Position numbers and translations under genes: made by a program. From the NCBI RefSeq assembly GCF_018977255.1, contig NW_024704769.1:1798001-1862000 (forward strand): a DNA stretch of 64,000 bases, read 5' to 3'. Every line of letters starts with the position of its first letter. The first letter of the stretch is position 1. Positions 1 to 14,384 of the stretch are shown piece after piece. The stretch is from Callorhinchus milii (Eukaryota). The notes under the pieces are model-generated. The model was not told the origin of the DNA and did not search any database. It saw only the letters and a program-made list of their open reading frames with translations.

Positions 1-534
1 CATCGCGTGGTCGAGGACGTCTCAAAGCGCTTCGCGGGACACGCCGCCGAGCGGATTGACTGCTAACAAAGCGTGGGCTTTGTTGGGTCAAATTGGAAGT
101 TGTTCTTGTTTTTTTTTTTGACGGATTCCGATTTAATCGAAAAACAGGAAACATTAATTTGCACAAAGTCCTGTAGGGTATTGGTTAGAGCGAACCTGAG
201 GCGAGTTTCCTTACTCCCCACATACACACACACACCTATTTACCAGCAGTCAGTAGGAACCCGGTTGTTGGTCGATTGGCGGAGGGCTTTGCCGGGGGGT
301 AATAATCCCTCCAAAAAATTAATAATAATTTGGTCACTTCCATCCACACTGCTGTGGGCGATCGGCTGCCGCCAAAACACTTTGCGGTGTGTCCCGCGAA
401 GCGCTTTGAGACGTCTCGACCACGTGCTAAGGCGCTGTATCAAATGCAAGGATTATTATTGTTATTATTAATATTATTATTATGATGATTATGATGATTT
501 CTGACCCTCCCTCCCTCCCTCCGCTCCTCTCCAG

Positions 535-879
535 GCCTGTCCTCCGGGAACACAAGTGCAAACACAAGCAACAACTCCTACAGAGAATAAAGATGATCAA
601 GATATCAAAAATCATTTCCCCCATCCCCCCCCACAACCCCAACCCCAACCCTCAGCCAAATTTAACGGCCAAAAAAGGCCATCGCAAAATCTAATAAGTC
701 TTAAAAAGAAAAAAAAAAACTATTTTTTTGATAACACGGTAAGACAGTCACCACTTTTTTCGGACACCTCGTTCGAGCGACAGATATCACTGCAAGGGAC
801 ACGGGGCGAAGGAGCAGATTTCTTGAAGGTGGGGGCGGTGGGGGGGGGGGGTGGGGAGAGCGATAAACTAACTTCATCC
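535..879 (+). other. Candidate additional in-frame coding exon (115 codons) upstream of UBE2D exon 2
   Basis: CTGAC branch-like motif, polypyrimidine tract and CAG at 501-534. Open frame 535-879; GTAAGG donor at 880 and alternative GTAAGA donor at 739, both phase 0, matching the phase-0 acceptor at 1887. Confidence 0.4.
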
Positions 880-1886
880 GTAAGGTGATCAAAGCATCTC
901 CTCTGCTCCGAGAACTGATAGCCCAACGTCCGCGGTGTCTGCAGCTCTTAGGAACTAAATGGGAAAGCCACGCGATTTGGGCAACTCAAGGTCACTACTC
1001 GAGGTGGGTGGGGGGGTTGGGGGCGGGCAGGGGGTGGGGGGCGGGCAGGGGGTGGGTGGGTGNNNNNNNNNNNNNNNNNNNNNNNNNTAATACATTAATT
1101 CGATCGCTCAGTCCACGGCTGTTTGTGGGGACCCCGTTCTGCGCCATCGGCTGCCGCGTTTCGCCCACAAAATATAAAGTCAATTCACTTTACAGAATAT
1201 TCTGTGAAGCGCTTTGAGACGTCTCAACAATGTGATAAGGCGCCATATCAAATGCAAGTAGTAGTATTATTATTATTTGTTATATTACCTCCTAGTGTTA
1301 CTAGTCCGGAACCAGGGGAGGTTAGAAAACCATTCCTTAACACAGCGTGTGGTTGGAATGTGGCATTTTCTGATTCAAACTGCAGATGAATTCAACCCTT
1401 TTAAAGGGAATTAGGTAGATTTCCCTTTTAACCTGTTTGGTTTGAAGACTCTTAAATACAGTGATGGGTTTCCGCGTGTGTCAGACACCCGGCTGATCAA
1501 GAAAAAACTGTGAAAGTGACTGCTTAACTAAATGTAACTAGTGGAACCGTGCCGGTGACTTGCCAGGTGTGTGGGTGGTGGGAATCAGCCCGGTGTGAAG
1601 GAGGAAGGAAAGCCTGGGTTCCAACCAGCCCCAAGATTAAAGTCGCGATACCATTACAATGTCTAACAAGTCTTGTAACGAAATGAGGATAATTATTAGT
1701 AATTATTATTGAAATAAATGTTATCACGACTTTTTGGTCGCCCTGTACAGCCCCTACTGTGTGTCTGCGTGTGTGTGTGTGTATATACTGTCCTGTGTAA
1801 AGATTTAGTTAGTTAGTTAGTTAGTCAGTTAGTTAGGCAAAGTCAGACCAATGTAAGTGGGTTTTTTTTTATCTGTTTGTCTTCAG

Positions 1887-5007
<3,121 letters not shown>

Positions 5008-5667
5008 AAGGAAGGGGAGAGAGAAAAAAAAAAACGGGGGTTGGGGGGGGTGGGGGGGGGGAAAGACCCGAGGAAATTTGCCAGAGAGAGGAAGAAAAAA
5101 AAAATCTGCAATGCAAAATAAAAAAAAAAACTGTTTGCAGTTGTTTACTGAAACCACGTGCCATTTCCCAATGCATTTTATACTGGGCGGAGAACCTCCG
5201 AAGAAATCATTTGGTGTCTGCAAAAAAAAAAAAAGGAGATATCGTCTGTGTGTTGTGTTTTTTTTTTAAAAAAAACTGTGATACGTGTCATGTACGCGTG
5301 TGTGTGCGCGCGCGCGTGTGTACACACACGTGGAACATACCCGCGCGCGTGCGTGTGTGTGTGTTGTGTTTTTTTTTCTCTCTCTCCTGTTTTCCGAATT
5401 GCCAATTCCTGTGAGAATCTTTCTTGTGTCTCTTTTTTTTTTTCCCCCACCACCCACCCCCGTGTCGGTGACCAGAGAGAAAATTCTCGATCACGTACAC
5501 CTGGTTTTACTTTTGCGTGTGGGGTGGGGTAAGGAAGATCTCATGACGTTAACGGTACAATGTGTGCGCGCGCGCGCGTGTGTGTGTTTCTCCCCTCTCT
5601 CTCCTCTCTATCCCTCTCTCTAGACTAGTAATCACGATTAGGAGCCTGATTTTTTTTAAAAAAAACC

Positions 5668-5673
5668 AATAAA
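5668..5673 (+). terminator. Candidate poly(A) signal of UBE2D4-like gene
   Basis: AATAAA about 660 nt after the stop codon, at the end of a low-complexity 3' UTR; an earlier AATAAA occurs near 5117. Confidence 0.45.
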
Positions 5674-7234
5674 CTTATCGTAACACTGTTCTCTAATGGG
5701 CAAACGACCACATCCGAAGCAATACTGTAACCCCCGCCCGTGCGCGCGCGCATGTGTGTCCGTTTGCGCGCACGTGTGGGCGCGTATGCGTGTGCGCGCG
5801 CGCGCGGGAAGGAAGGAAAAAGCGAGACTCTTCGCTTTTTCTTTTTTTTAAAAAAAAAGGAAAAGTAAGCGAGACTGTGAACAGGTTTATTTTGCGAATG
5901 ACAAGCAGCGGATTCTCGCAGCCCCCGATCTGGGTTTGCGGGTTCATTCCAAGCTTTGTGTTTCCAGGGCTGACTTCCAGCTTAATCAGGGCCAACGTCA
6001 TCTATAATCGCCCCCCGCTTCACCCGCTCATTAAACAAGCGATCTGTGTCCTGACACTCCTGCCCTCCAACCAGTGCCCTCTGCCCTACATTAACTCCCC
6101 CCCCCAAATAAGCCCTCTTAGATAATAATAATCCTTGCGTTTGATACAGCGCCCGATCACGTCGTCGAGACGCCTCGAAGCGCTTCACGGGATACACTGT
6201 AAAGTGAATTGACTGTATATTTTGGGAGTGAAACTCGACTGCCAAATGGCCCGCAGCGGAGTCCCACAAACAGTCGTGGGATTGAGTGACTGAATTATTT
6301 TTTGAAGGGATTTTTAACCCCCCCCCTCCCCGGAAAGAGATCCGCCAATCGACTAACAATTGGGACCTACTTACTGCTGAGTAAAAGGCGTGTGGGGTAA
6401 GGAAACTTGCCTAAGGTTTCGCCCCGTTAAGGCGAGTCACCCGGTTATCGACGGTGGCGATACTATTCTGACTAGACTAGGTTTAGAAGCCCAGCCCCTC
6501 GTCACCGTTTGCCTCCTGAATAAGTCTGGCTTCACAGCGATCTCAGATAAGCGATCAAACGCGGTTATACCGCGTGCGGTTCAGGACTCCGGTGGCGCTG
6601 TCGTGAGCTACTCCGCAGCACCGATATGTCCTTTTAATTGTTGTAGTAATAATAATAATAATAATCCTCGCATTTGATGCAGCGCCTTATCATGTCGGCC
6701 AGACGCCTCAAAGCGCTTCACGGAATGTACTGTAATGTGCGTTGACTGTGTATTTTGTGGGTGAAACGCGGCAGCCAATTGCGCACAGCAGCGTCCCCGT
6801 CCCCCCCCCACAAACAGCCGTGGATTGAGCGACCGAGCCATTATATTTTTTTTACTCCGCGCCAATCAACTTAACAACTTCTCTCCCCTCCCAGACAAAC
6901 AAAAAAAGAGCTGGAAGCGGAGCGAGAGGGGGGGTTGTGTGCTGTCTCCGTGTCCATTTTACACTGTATTCCAAATGCCTTTTTTTTTTGTTAAGATCGA
7001 TGCGTTTAAGGAGACGCTGTGTGTCCTGTGTTTCTACCTTTGCTTGTGTATCGGGGCACATCTGCGTGTGTCTGCGTCTGTGCGTTGGTGTCCGTGTGGG
7101 TTGACGTGTGAGTGACAGCGAGAGAGAGAGGGGGCTGTTCACCACGTATGACCGTGTAGAGATGCTTCCCTTTGGCTGCCCCTTTAAACTGCATTACTAT
7201 GTTACCTGACAGCATTTTATTCTGCACAAGCGTC

Positions 7235-7440
7235 TGGTCTGGTTCAGCACTCGCCTCTGAGGCCAGAAGGTTGTTGATTCACGTCTGCACCCGGACTTGA
7301 GCTCACAACCTACGCCGACATTCCTGGGCAGACGTGGGGGAGCGCTGCATCTTCAAAAGCGGTGTCGTGCTTCGGACGAGATGCTAAACCGAGATCCCGT
7401 CTGACTGTGCTGAGGCTTTAGGCGGATGTTAAAGGTTTCC
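7235..7440 (+). mobile_element. Ancient DeuSINE-like (Deu-domain) SINE fragment
   Basis: tRNA-like head CACTCGCCTCTGAGGCCAGAAGGTTG followed by a Deu-domain-like core GCTGCA...TTCGGACGAGATGCTAAACCGAGATCCCGTCTG...GCGGATGTTAAAG; recognised from memory of the consensus. Confidence 0.6.
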
Positions 7441-8564
7441 CGGTTGGAATTTCTCTCTCCAATGTTAGCCTACAATTTGTAGAGTCCCGGAGCTCAGTGG
7501 TTAGAGCCCTCGCCTCGCAAGCGAGCGTTCCCTCGCTCCACGCACACGCCTCTACCCAGCAGTAAGTCGGAACGTGGTTGTTAAGTCGATTGGCGGATCA
7601 CTTTTACTGGGGTAATAATCCTTTTATAGCAAAAGATGCGGTCGCTCAATCCACGACACTCCTGTCCGGGACGCTGCCGTGCGCAATTGGCTGCCGCGTT
7701 TCGCCCGCAAACTAAAGCCAATCGATTCGCTTTACCGCGGACCCTGTCGAGCGCTTTTTGAGGCGTCTCCCGAGGATGTGGTTCGGGCGCCGGGTCAAGC
7801 GCAAGGACGGTCGTTGCAATTCGGATGTGTGGCTGCATCTCCACCTCAACTCGTTGGGTCGAAGCGCTCTTGAGATCTTGTGTAGCATAACGCGAGTAGT
7901 TTTATTTGTACCGCAGAGTTGTTAAGGCCGCTCCGGTAGAATGTGATGTGAATCCTGGAATATGTGAACCGAACTGCCCGTTCGAACCCCCGTATTAAAG
8001 AGCCTCTGTGGGTCTGAGCTCCGTAAAATGCCGGGCTGATGCTCGAAGCCGATTAGCGTCCGTATATCAGCCTTGATGTGTCTCTTGGTATCAGTGACTT
8101 GTTAGATTTAGCTTCTCTCTGTGTGTGCAGACCTGACCCCCCCCCCCCCCCCGCTCTCTTCCGCCCCGGTCGCGTGAACAGGGCAGCTCTGATCTTCGAA
8201 CGGCTGGTACGCGGACTGAGAGAAACGGCCGGAGATGAGCGTCCGCGCGCGCTCGCCCGCGCGCCCTGCTGTAGTTTTTTTTTTAACCGGAGAGGAGCCA
8301 GCGCCGGGCGAACTCCGAAGTAAGGAAGTAAATAAAGGCAATGTAAACGACTCCGAATGAGTGTTGCGTCTCTGTGCTGTCGGGAATACCACCGAGCGCT
8401 GCGTCACGCCCCAGCCTGGAGTTGGGGTGGGGGGGTGGGGGCGCGTGTGGTCTTCTTGAAGCCGAACTGGCTCCAAAACGACATGTTGGGCAACGTAATG
8501 TGGGAATCGACCCCCACCCGTCCCCCCCTCCCTCCGTGACGGTCTCGAGCCCCCGGTTCCTGAG

Positions 8565-8905
8565 CCGGGAGGGGCCGCGGTGTCCCGGGGCACTCGCTGC
8601 TGATGGCAGCACAGCCCGGCCCGGCTCATGGGCAGGACCTGGAAGGGCCGACCAGTCACTGGGGCCGGGAATCCTCCCCCTCAGCTCCGTTACCCCACAG
8701 CCAAAGCCCCAAATAACTAACGGGGAGGGGGGTCCGAGCCGGACAAGCAGCGGGAAAGCTCGGCCAGACAGCGACATCAATGGCTGAGCTGTGTGTGGGT
8801 TTAGATGGTCAGACTCCAGCAGTTACCCCAACGCACACTCTGTGGGGTACATGGAATTCTCGGTTGGGTTTGGAGACTCTTAAGCAATGGCGATGGGTTT
8901 CCGTG
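8565..8905 (-). mobile_element. Unclassified interspersed repeat family, copy inverted relative to 13210-13590
   Basis: Reverse complement matches 13320-13590 and 48345-48815 (e.g. GGGGTAACTGCTGGAGTCTAACCATCTAAACCCACAC, CCCCAGTGACTGGTCGGCCCTTCC). Confidence 0.75.
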
Positions 8906-8934
8906 TAGTTGCCGGAGGGCTCCTGCAGGTGGCG

Positions 8935-8970
<36 letters not shown>

Positions 8971-9051
8971 TTGCCGGAGGGCTCCTGCAGGTGGCGCTGT
9001 GTGTGTGTGTGTGTGTGTGTAGTTGCCGGAGGGCTCCTGCAGGTGGCGCTG
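8904..9051 (+). promoter_or_regulatory. Three tandem CTCF-like motifs separated by (GT)n
   Basis: Identical TGTAGTTGCCGGAGGGCTCCTGCAGGTGGCGCTG units; core CCTGCAGGTGGCGCTG at 8922-8937, 8984-8999, 9036-9051 closely resembles the CTCF consensus CCASYAGRKGGCRS. Confidence 0.55.
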
Positions 9052-9064
9052 TGGTCGGAGCCGC

Positions 9065-9156
9065 ATTCATTTGCAGGCGGCCCGCGGCCAAGATGGCGGC
9101 GGAGCTTCACTGAGGTGGTTTTCTCGGGTGACGGCGGCGGCTCTGAGCGGGTGAGT
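9065..9156 (+). promoter_or_regulatory. CpG-rich putative first exon/promoter with YY1 motif and 5' splice site; downstream exons not identified
   Basis: CAAGATGGCGGC (YY1 consensus) at 9089-9100; 6-codon ORF MAAELH* at 9093-9113; donor CGG|GTGAGT at 9150/9151; CpG-rich flanks. Confidence 0.5.
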
Positions 9157-9496
9157 GAGTGAGAGAGAGAGAGGGAGAGAGAGAGGGGGTCCGGGTCCCT
9201 GTGTCACTAACACCTCCCCCCTCCCCCCCTCCCCGGGGCCTGTCTCCCCCCCCGGGGGGAGGGGGTCTCCTCGTACCCGCGAGGCCTCGCAAGGCCGCAA
9301 AGCCTCGGGCTCGAGTAGCGCGGGCGGGAGCCGCGCCCACTGAGCAAAAGGGGGGAGTGGGAGTGGGAGGGGAGAGGGGGGAGGGGGAGGGGCTTCTCCT
9401 GATCAATAATAACGAATGATATTAACAATAATAAGGTTTATCAATGAGCTTTTGGGGTCCCCGGAGCCTCGGGAACGCCCTGACACTAAATGCCTT

Positions 9497-9676
9497 CTGT
9501 TGCTGTTGTTGTCGCTGTTGTTGTTGTTGCTGTTGTCGCTGTTGTTGCTGTTGTTGTTGTCGCTGTTGTTGTTGTCGCTGTTGTCGCTGTTGTTGTCGCT
9601 GTTGTTGTTGTTGTTGTCACTGTTGTCGCTGTTGTTGCTGTTGTTGTCGCTGCTGTTGTCGTTGTTGTTGTTGCTG
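9497..9676 (+). repeat. Compound (GTT/GCT/GTC)n trinucleotide microsatellite
   Basis: Direct reading; source of the poly-L, poly-C and poly-V pseudo-ORFs. Confidence 0.9.
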
Positions 9677-9679
9677 ATA

Positions 9680-10400
9680 ATCGACCCTCTGTCCGTCTGC
9701 GACCTCCGCCTCCTCGCTCGTCCCCCTCGACCTCGCTGCTGCCTTCGACCCCGTCGCCGCCCAGCGCCCTATTCCCCCCCCTCCCCCCCCCCACCCACCC
9801 CCTCCCCTCCCCTCCCCTCGACCTCCGCGGCTCTGCCCTCGGCCGGTTCCGCTCCCGCCTCTCGCCACCGCCTCCGCTTCATCTCCACCGCCGGCCTCAC
9901 CTCCCTCCGGCCCCCGGCACCCTCTCGTGCGGCGTTCCTCAGGGCTCTGCCCTCGGTTCCCCTCCCCTTCAGTATCTACACGCGCCCCCCGCGGTGGCAT
10001 CGTCCGCAGACACGGGGTCAACTCCTACCTCTCTGCCTCCGCCCTCGACTCCAGGACCCACTGCTGTGCTGACAGAGTGTCCGTCAGACATCAAGTCCTG
10101 GATGAGAGAGAACTTTCTACAGTTGAACGTCAACAAGACCGAGGCTCTGATTCGCTCCCGTCACCTCCTCACCTCAGGCGCTGACGGCATCACCATCCAT
10201 GGTCGCCCACTCCACCTCGCTGAGCCAGTCTGGAACCTCGGGGGTCTTGTTTGACCCCCAACTATCCTTTCTACCCCACATCTGCGCCATGACCCGCTCT
10301 GCCTTCCCCCCCCCCACCTCCGCCTTCGTCTCCCGGCTCCGCCACTATCTCGCACCGCAGGCCCCCGAGACCCTCGTACGCTCCTTCATTACGTGGAGGC
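9680..10400 (+). mobile_element. Degenerate L2-clade LINE reverse-transcriptase (ORF2) fragment
   Basis: Frameshifted peptide remnants CGVPQGSALG, DIKSWMRENFLQLNVNKTE, NLG/VLFDPQLSF..HI, LRHYL...ETLVRSFIT typical of CR1/L2 RT. Confidence 0.85.
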
Positions 10401-10969
10401 GTTGAGAGGTTACATCGTTGAGACGTCTCGAAGTGCTTCACGGGATGCACTGTAAAGTGGTGGGGAATTAAGAAATTTTCCGCAATTTTCCGCAAATTAA
10501 AAAGACGGCGCGGGCTAAAACCGGGTGGAATTTGGGGCCATGGGGGGGCAGGTGGTGCGATTTTTAATTTGACGTCCGGAACGGAAAGCGTTAGGAGAGA
10601 GAGAGAGAGAGAGAGAGAGCGGCGAGAAGGAGGCGGAACCCGGTGCGAAGGAATTCGGAAGTTCCCAATCCCAAAGGAATCAATCTCTTCCCTCCCGCGC
10701 TGTCCTTTTCGCTCACACAATTTTTTTTTTTTTTGCTGCACAGCGGGGAAATCAAGACTGTCCTGTCGGTTTTTTTGTGAATGAATGAAGGAAGGGGTCA
10801 CGACGCTGTTATGGCTTCTCGATGAGGGTTTCAAATGTAATGAATGCACTGATCAATGAGGATGTAATTAAAGAATTTAAAGAGTTTCCCCCGGCAGATG
10901 CGTCGGTGACAAGCAAATTCGACTGTAGGTTTCGAAAGGGAATTGGATAGGTATTCGAAGAGGAAAATA

Positions 10970-11635
10970 CTGGGGTAAGAGCGGGGGAGTGGGACTAGTT
11001 GGGGTTAGAACGGGGGAGTGGGATTAGTTGGGGTAAGAGCGGGGGAGTGGGGACTAGTTGAGGTAAGAGCGGGGGAGTGGGGACTAGTTGGGGTAAGAGC
11101 GGGGAGTGGACTAGTTGGGGTAGGCGGGGGAGTGGGACTAGTTGGGGTAAGAGCGGGGGAGTGGGACTAGTTGGGGTAAGAGCGGGGGAGTGGGACTAGT
11201 TGGGGTAAGAGCGGGGGAGTGGGACTAGTTGGGGTAAGGGCGGGGGAGTGGGGACTAGTTGGGGTAAGAGCGGGGAGTGGGACTAGTTGGGGTAAGAGCG
11301 GGGGAGTGGGACTAGTTGGGGTAAGAGCGGGGGAGTGGGACTAGTTGGGGTAAGAGCGGGGGAGTGGGACTAGTTGGGGTAAGAGCGGGGGAGTGGACTA
11401 GTTGGGTAAGAGGGGAGTGGGACTATATGGGGTAAGAGCGGGGGAGTGGGGACTAGTTGGGGTAAGAGCGGGGGAGTGGGACTAGTTGGGGTAAGAGCGG
11501 GGGAGTGGGGACTAGTTGGGGTAAGAGCGGGGGAGTGGGACTAGTTGGGGTAAGAGTGGGGGAGTGGGGACTAGTTGGGGTAAGAGCGGGGGAGTGGGGA
11601 CTAGTTGGGGTAAGAGCGGGGGAGTGGGACTAGTT
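10970..11635 (+). repeat. ~29-30-bp G-rich minisatellite (about 22 units) expanded inside a CR1-like LINE 3' tail
   Basis: Unit GGGGTAAGAGCGGGGGAGTGGGACTAGTT; flanked by ...GGGAATTGGATAGGTATT... and CAGCTCTTCCAAAGAGCCGGCACAGGCCCGATGGGCCGAATGGCCTCCCTCTGTGCTGTAA; same tail also at about 62380-62520. Confidence 0.9.
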
Positions 11636-12577
11636 GGCAGCTCTTCCAAAGAGCCGGCACAGGCCCGATGGGCCGAATGGCCTCCCTCTGTGCTGTAAAA
11701 TTCTACCACTTCTAACACACGAGCGGCACTGACACGTCCCGGGAGTCCCCACGCGTCTGGGGCGGAAATGCGCGCCCTCTCCCCGGAGGGAACCCGCGCA
11801 TCGCGGAGCGAACGAGAGAAGCGAAACCGGAGAGGAACCTGATCGCGGGTAACTCCATTTACTTATACGGCGCACCGCGCGTTTGCAATCCGGCTCGAGA
11901 CGCAGTCAGGAACAACAGCAACAGTCCACAGCTTGATACAGAGCCTGGATCCACTGGTAGCATTTGTGACGTGCGGGGGTTCGAGCCCTCGCCTCGCAAG
12001 CGAGAGGACCCGGGTTCGATTCCCAGGGACGGCGAAACCTTAGGCAAGTTTCCTTACTCCACACACACGCACACACACACGCACACACGCCTGTGCTTAC
12101 CGAGCTTTACCTTTTCCGGGGGTGATAAATCTCTCGGACTGGGTCGCTGGGGCGCAATTGTCTGCCGCGTCTTTCCCCAATACACGGTCGCTACTGCACG
12201 TTGCACTATTTTCCGCGAAGCGCTTTGAGTGAGACGAGGCTCTACATCAAAGGCAGAATATATTGTGAAGTGCATTGGACTGCGTATCGCGTGGGGCGAA
12301 ACGCGGCAGCCAACCCGCGCGCACAGCGGCGTCCCCCGCCAACAGCCGTGGAGTGGGCGTTAGTTAATTTATTGGTCGGAGGGATTATTACCCCCAGGGA
12401 AAGCGATCCGCCAATCGACTAACTCCCGAGTTCCTACTTAATGCTTCGTAAACAGAGGCGCGCGCGCGTGTGTGTGTGTGGAGTAAGGAAACTTGCCAAA
12501 GATTTCGCCCTGCCCGCCCGCCCGGGAATCGAACCCGGGGCCCTCTCGCCTGCGAGGCGAGCGCTCTAACCACCGAG

Positions 12578-13102
12578 CTACAGATTTTGCTGGTCCGTGA
12601 AGGGGAAAACCTCCTGCGTCAGCTTTGTAACGAAACAAGGCATCTGCTTCTTGCCTCCAATCTAAGAACAGGAGAGGACAGCATAAGGATCCGCCAGACG
12701 AAAGGAGACCCGAGATCCGTCCAGTTCGCCTTCCGCCATCCTTGCCCAAGTCACGTCCCAAACAACAACAACAACAACAACAACCGGAGGCAAGCGAGGG
12801 AGCGAGGCGAAGGGAATGTGGGATGGAGTTCCAAATATAGAGGCCTTATCACGGTCTGTTTCCCGAGGGAGCCGGTTGCAATACGTTGGCTCCTCGCTCT
12901 CACCTCTCTCCCCCTGGACAAGAAACGTGTGGCCACCATGAAGTTGACCCGCGTCATTATCCTCAGCAGCTCCCAGTGTCTCTGCTCTCCCTCCTCCAGC
13001 AAGTCGCACAGAGACTGGAAGAAAAATGACCCCGATGCGGTCAGGAACGCTGAGTAATCTGCGGGAGGGAAGAGACACGAGTTTAACTGTGGAGTTCCTC
13101 AA

Positions 13103-13135
<33 letters not shown>

Positions 13136-14353
13136 CGCGCACGCGTCTCTGTTCATCCAGCAGTCAGTAGATACCCGGTTGTTAGTCGATTGGCGGATCG
13201 CTTTTCCGAGTATTCCAGAGATGGAATGGACTGCAAACTCTCTCCCTGGAGGAACCTGTTTACCCAATTCCGGAGAGTATTAGGCGCAGGTTGGCGAGAG
13301 CCAAGGCTTGAGGGGGAGCCCCAGAGTGTGCGTTGGGGTAACTGCTGGAGTCTAACCATCTAAACCCACACACAGCTCCGGCCATTGATGTCCCTGTCTG
13401 GCCGAGCTTTCCCCCTCCTTGTCCGGCTCGGACCCCCCTCCCCGTTAGTTAGGGCTTTGGCTGTGGGGTTACCAGGAGCCGAGGGGGAGCATTCCCGGCC
13501 CCCAGTGACTGGTCGGCCCTTCCAGGTCCTGCCCATGAGCCGGGCCGGGCTGTGCTGCCATCAGCAGCGAGTGCCCTGGGACACTGCACAGAGATAGGGC
13601 GGTGCAAGGTCATGATGTGCGAGCGAGGATCTTGATTTAAATCCTCTGGGGATTCAGTGGGACTATAGTGTAACAGTAATAACAAGCCTCGCATTTGATT
13701 CCAGCGCCTTATCACGTCTTCGAGACGACTCAAAGTGCTTCACAGGATACACTGCAAAGTGTAGTGACTATATTTTGTGGGCGAAACACGGCAGCCAATG
13801 GGATTCCCCACAAACAGCGATGGATTGAGTGATCCAATTTTTTTTTAAGGCATTCTTACCCCCGGAACGGCGATCCCTCTGATCGACTAATAACCGGGTT
13901 CCTAACCACTAAAGCCACAGGACCTTAAAATAAATGAAAGTACGTCCGACACTGGGCTGTTGCAAAAGCAGTAGCGAAGCCATCATTTCAGACAGTGATA
14001 AGACACAGACACGGTAATTTTATACAGTCTTTTAAAAGCTCTTGAAACAAATCCGAATCGAGAAAGAGGGAGAACTTGCCCGACGTTTCACCCTGACCTG
14101 ATTCCTGCCCGGGAATCGAACCCGGGGTCCTCTCTCGCTTGCGAGGGGAGAGCTCTAACCACCGAGCTACAGGGAAACTCCACTCACCCGAAGTGGTAGA
14201 GAAGTGCACAGCGGTTGCTTCTGGTATGGCCTGGTAATGGGAGAAAGCTTCTTCCTGTGGGAGAGCGCTTTCCATCTCCACCATATGGTCAGTCTCCAGG
14301 GTTACCCCAGGGTCCAGTTGGTCTCCCCGGCAGGCCTGAGGGAGAGAGAGAAC

Positions 14354-14384
<31 letters not shown>

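Noticed and set aside
7940-8020. Possible C/D-box snoRNA (GTGATGT...CTGA)
   Set aside because: Imperfect C box, no terminal stem and no recognisable guide sequence.
8045-8062. Minus-strand RTLIGF resembling LSM1, the human neighbour of STAR
   Set aside because: Only six residues match, the flanks do not align without an insertion, the strand is opposite to expectation and no other LSM1 exons were found.
9416-10254. Poly-Leu, poly-Cys and poly-Val ORFs
   Set aside because: Trinucleotide microsatellite running into a decayed L2 fragment.
10970-11635. CRISPR-like 29-30-bp periodic array
   Set aside because: Head-to-tail repeats with no unique spacers, in vertebrate DNA with no cas genes.
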